A DNA stretch of 64,000 bases from an uncultured Candidatus Binatia bacterium. Lineage in GTDB: Bacteria; Desulfobacterota; Binatia; UBA9968; CAXXLF01. Every line of letters begins with the position of its first letter. Positions within the stretch are counted from its first letter, which is position 1. Shown here in pieces: positions 60,421-64,000 of the stretch. The stretch lies in assembly GCA_965218425.1 (NCBI GenBank), contig OZ244621.1, positions 3,744,001 to 3,808,000 of the forward strand, given 5' to 3'. Position numbers and translations under genes: made by a program. The notes below the pieces were generated by a model, which saw only the letters and a program-made list of their open reading frames with translations, did not search any database and was not told the origin of the DNA.

Positions 60421-60945
60421 ATGGGAAAAATATTACTCATCGGACCTAATCGAATTCTAAACCAAGCCGTTAGTTTGTATCTCTATCCTCAACATGATGT
60501 TCAGGTTAGATCCGATCTAGAGGAATTGGATGCCAAAGATTTTCAAGGTTACAACCTCCTCATTGTAGATCCTCCTGCCACTGCCGACGCTAAATCCGCC
60601 ACAGCGGTAACCCGATTCATACAAAAATTCAAGACACCGACCCTTTGGCTAGAGGTCAAGGGTTGCGTCCCTTGTCCTAAGAGGGAGCAGATTCTAGGCG
60701 TCAAGATGCCCATTGAACGGGAGGCATTTCAAAAGACCCTGGAGCAACTGCTTTCAAATGACAAGCAAGACGGAAAAGAAAGACTCTCCCAGGGCGGTGG
60801 GGGTTGCGGCCAAAAGGCTACGAACAATAAGGGAGCTGGGAGTAGGGAATCAAAGTCTCCGCCGGAGAATACCCGGTTCATCGATCTGGTGGATATCGTA
60901 GAAGAGGAGACGAAAACGGCACCTGGACACGAACGGCTGAAATGA
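60421..60945 (+). CDS. Hypothetical protein, degenerate receiver-like domain plus acidic tail motif
   Basis: KILLIG..YNLLIVD..KMPIEREAF; C-terminal FIDLVDIVEE. Confidence 0.6.
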   Translation: MGKILLIGPNRILNQAVSLYLYPQHDVQVRSDLEELDAKDFQGYNLLIVDPPATADAKSATAVTRFIQKFKTPTLWLEVKGCVPCPKREQILGVKMPIEREAFQKTLEQLLSNDKQDGKERLSQGGGGCGQKATNNKGAGSRESKSPPENTRFIDLVDIVEEETKTAPGHERLK

Positions 60946-60954
60946 GATCCATCA

Positions 60955-63774
60955 ATGCCAAAGCAACTGGATAAAGCCTATTCCCATAATGAGGTGGAAG
61001 GACGATGGTACGCTCCGTGGGTGGACGGCGGTTTGTTTAGTCCCTCACCGGGGTCTGACCACGCCTTTTCCATAGTCATACCGCCCCCCAATGTGACGGG
61101 CTCCCTCCACATGGGCCACGCCCTCAACAATACGCTCCAAGATATTCTCTGCCGTTACAAGAGAATGGATGGCTACCGTGTGCTTTGGGTCCCTGGAACG
61201 GACCATGCCGGGATCGCGACCCAAAACGTTGTGGAACGTCAATTGGCGGACCAGGGGCTGAGCCGTTTCAAGCTGGGCCGGGATAAATTCGTCGAACAGG
61301 TTTGGGCATGGCGCGCGGAAACCGGCGGTACGATCCTAAACCAACTGAAAGCGTTAGGAGTGTCCTGCGATTGGAGCCGCGAGCGCTTCACCATGGACAA
61401 GGGACTATCCCGGGCCGTGCGGGAGGCATTTGTCAGTCTTTGGAAGGATGGACTGCTCTATCGGGCTGAGCGGCTCATCAATTGGTGCCCCCGCTGCAAA
61501 ACAGCCCTGGCCGATATTGAAGTGGTTCACGAAGAGTCGGATGGGCACCTTTGGCACATTCGCTATCCCTTGCAGGATGAGCCGTCGGAGGGTTTGGTGG
61601 TGGCAACCACCCGACCCGAAACGATGCTTGGAGACACCGCAGTGGCCGTTCACCCCGAGGACAAACGCTATCTAAGTTTTATCGGCCGAACGGTCTCCCT
61701 TCCGATCGTTGGCCGCGCTATTCCAGTTATCTCCGATTCGTTTGTGGATCCACAGTTTGGAACCGGGGCGCTCAAAATCACTCCGGGACATGACTTCAAT
61801 GATTTCGAGATTGGGGAACGACATGGTTTGGGGATCATCGGAATCTTTGACGACGAGGCTAAAATCAATCCAGCCGCTTTCAAGGATGAAGATTCCAAGG
61901 GATGGTTGGAGAACTATGCCCATAGGGATCGGACCGAGGCAAGGCGTTTGGTTGTGGAGGAATTAAAAGAAAAGGGGCTTTTGGTCAAAGTCGAAAACTA
62001 TCGCAAGGCCGTTGGTCATTGCTATCGTTGCCATACCGTCATTGAGCCCTACTCGACGCCCCAGTGGTTTGTCAAGATACAACCCTTGGCCCGGCCCGCC
62101 ATCCAGGCGGTTCGCAATGGCAAGATCAAGATTGTTCCTGAGGGTTGGGCCAATGCTTACTTTGTCTGGATGGAAAACATCAAGGACTGGTGCATTTCAC
62201 GACAGATATGGTGGGGGCATCAGATCCCGGCCTGGTACTGCAAGAACTGTGAGAAGGGAAAGGCTTCCAATGGAGGCGACGTCACCGATACCGACGATTT
62301 TACGCTGGGCCCCGATGCCAGCCCTATTGTTCAGTTGGAGGCTCCCAAGACCTGCCCCAAGTGCCGCGGCAAGGAGTTCTATCAGGATCCAGACGTCCTC
62401 GACACTTGGTTTTCGTCGGCCCTTTGGCCCTTCTCAACCCTGGGTTGGCCTAAGAAAACGAAAGATCTAAAAACCTTTTATCCTACCTCAGTGCTGGTTA
62501 CCGGCTTCGATATTCTCTTTTTCTGGGTGGCCCGTATGATCATGATGGGGCTCAAGTTTATGGGGGACATTCCCTTCCACGATGTTTACATCCATGCCTT
62601 GGTGCGTGACATGGAAGGTCAGAAGATGTCCAAGTCGAAGGGCAATGTAATTGATCCATTGGATGTGATGGGTCGGTACGGCACCGATGCCTTCCGCTTC
62701 ACCCTGGCCTCCCTGGCGGCCATGGGGCGAGACATCAAGTTGGCGCAGGAGAGAATCGGCGGCTATCAGAATTTCGTCAACAAACTTTGGAACGCTTCGC
62801 GATTTGCGTTGATGAATATTAGCGACGAAATTCAGATCAATGGGAAGCCCTCCGGTGAGTTGCTGAAGGGCAAGAAACTCAACCTGGCCGACCAGTGGAT
62901 TCTTTCCCGTTTGGCCTCCACCATTGGTGAGGCGAGAAAGGCCCTTGACTCTTACCGCTTCAATGAATATGCCCATTGCCTCTACCAATTTACTTGGCAT
63001 GAGTTCTGCGACTGGTATATCGAAATGAGTAAACTTTCTCTCAACGGCCGACTCAAGGATGATCCGTTGAAGACCCAAGCCGTCTTGGTGGTTGTGCTAA
63101 GAGAGGTGCTCCTGTTGCTCCATCCATTGATGCCTTTTGTTACGGAAGAGATTTGGCAGGGGCTGTCCTGTGAAGCTGGAAAGTCCGTCTCCCGCGGTGC
63201 CAAGAAAGCTACGGCTCAAAATACGATTATGGTTCAACCCTACCCCAAGGCGGAAGCCGGTTGGATTCAGATCGAAGTTGAAAAAAAGGTGGGATTTTTA
63301 ACGGACGTGATTCGAGCCATAAGAAATCTTCGCACTGAAATGAACTGTCCGCCCTCAAAGGAGGTCAAGATTATCTTCTCCGGTGCAGAGGAGGATCTCA
63401 AGTTTCTGCGCTCCCAGGAGTCTTACCTCATTGCCCTTGCCCGGCTTAGCGGGGCGGAGTATGGAGCTCCTGGGCAAGGACCCCAAAAGGCGGCCACGGC
63501 GGTGGTTGGAACCATGGAGATCAACCTTCCCTTTTCCGACTTGGTGAATCTGGGAGAGGAAGAAGCCAGGCTTGCCAAAGAGGTGGGTAAAGTTGAATCG
63601 GAGCTGGCCCGAACTCAAGGCAAACTGAGCAATCAACAGTTTCTTGACAAGGCCAAGCAAGAGATCATTGAAAAAGAGGAAAGAAAAGCCCAAGAATTGG
63701 AGGAAAAGATTCAAACCCTTACCCGTAGCCTCAAAAGAATCCAAGCATTGCAGGAGCAAGGGGGAGAGACCTAA
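60955..63774 (+). CDS. valS: Valine--tRNA ligase
   Basis: PPPNVTGSLHMGH, DWCISRQIWWGH, DVLDTWFSS, KMSKS, C-terminal coiled coil. Confidence 0.98.
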   Translation: MPKQLDKAYSHNEVEGRWYAPWVDGGLFSPSPGSDHAFSIVIPPPNVTGSLHMGHALNNTLQDILCRYKRMDGYRVLWVPGTDHAGIATQNVVERQLADQGLSRFKLGRDKFVEQVWAWRAETGGTILNQLKALGVSCDWSRERFTMDKGLSRAVREAFVSLWKDGLLYRAERLINWCPRCKTALADIEVVHEESDGHLWHIRYPLQDEPSEGLVVATTRPETMLGDTAVAVHPEDKRYLSFIGRTVSLPIVGRAIPVISDSFVDPQFGTGALKITPGHDFNDFEIGERHGLGIIGIFDDEAKINPAAFKDEDSKGWLENYAHRDRTEARRLVVEELKEKGLLVKVENYRKAVGHCYRCHTVIEPYSTPQWFVKIQPLARPAIQAVRNGKIKIVPEGWANAYFVWMENIKDWCISRQIWWGHQIPAWYCKNCEKGKASNGGDVTDTDDFTLGPDASPIVQLEAPKTCPKCRGKEFYQDPDVLDTWFSSALWPFSTLGWPKKTKDLKTFYPTSVLVTGFDILFFWVARMIMMGLKFMGDIPFHDVYIHALVRDMEGQKMSKSKGNVIDPLDVMGRYGTDAFRFTLASLAAMGRDIKLAQERIGGYQNFVNKLWNASRFALMNISDEIQINGKPSGELLKGKKLNLADQWILSRLASTIGEARKALDSYRFNEYAHCLYQFTWHEFCDWYIEMSKLSLNGRLKDDPLKTQAVLVVVLREVLLLLHPLMPFVTEEIWQGLSCEAGKSVSRGAKKATAQNTIMVQPYPKAEAGWIQIEVEKKVGFLTDVIRAIRNLRTEMNCPPSKEVKIIFSGAEEDLKFLRSQESYLIALARLSGAEYGAPGQGPQKAATAVVGTMEINLPFSDLVNLGEEEARLAKEVGKVESELARTQGKLSNQQFLDKAKQEIIEKEERKAQELEEKIQTLTRSLKRIQALQEQGGET

Positions 63775-63777
63775 GCT

Positions 63778-64000
63778 ATGGATTTACTTATCACCCCTCA
63801 AATCGAGCAGCTGCTCAAAACCGCCCTGGAGGAAGACATCGGGCCTGGAGATCTGACCACCCTCAACACTATTCCTCCAGATCTCAGATCGAGGGGGTTG
63901 TTTCGTGCCAAGCAAGACTGTGTGGTTGCAGGGGGGATACTGCTGCAAAGAATATTTTCCTTGCTTGACACGGAAATGCAAGTTCGTATTCTTTGTCACG
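63778..64000 (+). CDS. nadC: Nicotinate-nucleotide diphosphorylase (5' part, runs off the window)
   Basis: MDLLITPQIEQLLKTALEEDIGPGDLTT...RAKQDCVVAG read directly from the DNA. Confidence 0.88.
   Translation, partial: MDLLITPQIEQLLKTALEEDIGPGDLTTLNTIPPDLRSRGLFRAKQDCVVAGGILLQRIFSLLDTEMQVRILCH

Noticed and set aside
60102..60449. Short ORFs over tRNA-Leu, and 29417-29650 over tRNA-Ala
   Set aside because: Explained by the tRNA genes.
1..64000. CRISPR array, rRNA, prophage or defence genes
   Set aside because: No regularly spaced repeats, rRNA-like sequence, or recognisable cas, phage or defence proteins were seen.

Overview
Bacterial chromosomal segment. Gene content and protein style suggest a Deltaproteobacteria-like lineage such as Ca. 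Binatia/Binatota, but this is inference only. Housekeeping genes sit at both ends: DUF1844 protein, degQ/htrA, PBP1B plus a TPR lipoprotein, tsaD, rsmA, mutM, gamma-carbonic anhydrase and lhgO on the left; tRNA-Leu, valS and the start of nadC on the right. Between them lie about 48 kb of accessory genes in three blocks. (1) A transport block with a DppA-like binding protein, four TctC/Bug paralogues, one TctA-TctB fusion, a Rieske oxygenase and a Zn-alcohol dehydrogenase. (2) An envelope-stress block with a PQQ sugar dehydrogenase, an exported intradiol-dioxygenase-fold protein, DoxX, a Spy/CpxP protein, an anti-sigma and an ECF sigma factor, ending at tRNA-Ala. (3) An aromatic or N-heteroaromatic catabolic block of about 29 kb with four UbiD-family proteins, three more Rieske oxygenases, a LigB-type extradiol dioxygenase, a C-C hydrolase, RidA, an OYE flavoprotein, a ThDP enzyme, a PuuE-like hydrolase and ABC transport genes. 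No ubiX, oxygenase reductase, recognisable HTH regulator or integrase was seen. Most unusual signals: a thrice-repeated GGAACCC-N5-C(G/A)TC..AT motif in the ECF locus that looks like an ECF promoter with a spacer about one helical turn too short; a UbiD lacking the canonical Arg and first Glu; two signal-peptide-less NMT1/SsuA-fold paralogues with matching promoter architecture; and a poly-G frameshift in an LpoP-like lipoprotein. No CRISPR array or rRNA was found. Product calls come from motif recognition, not database searches.
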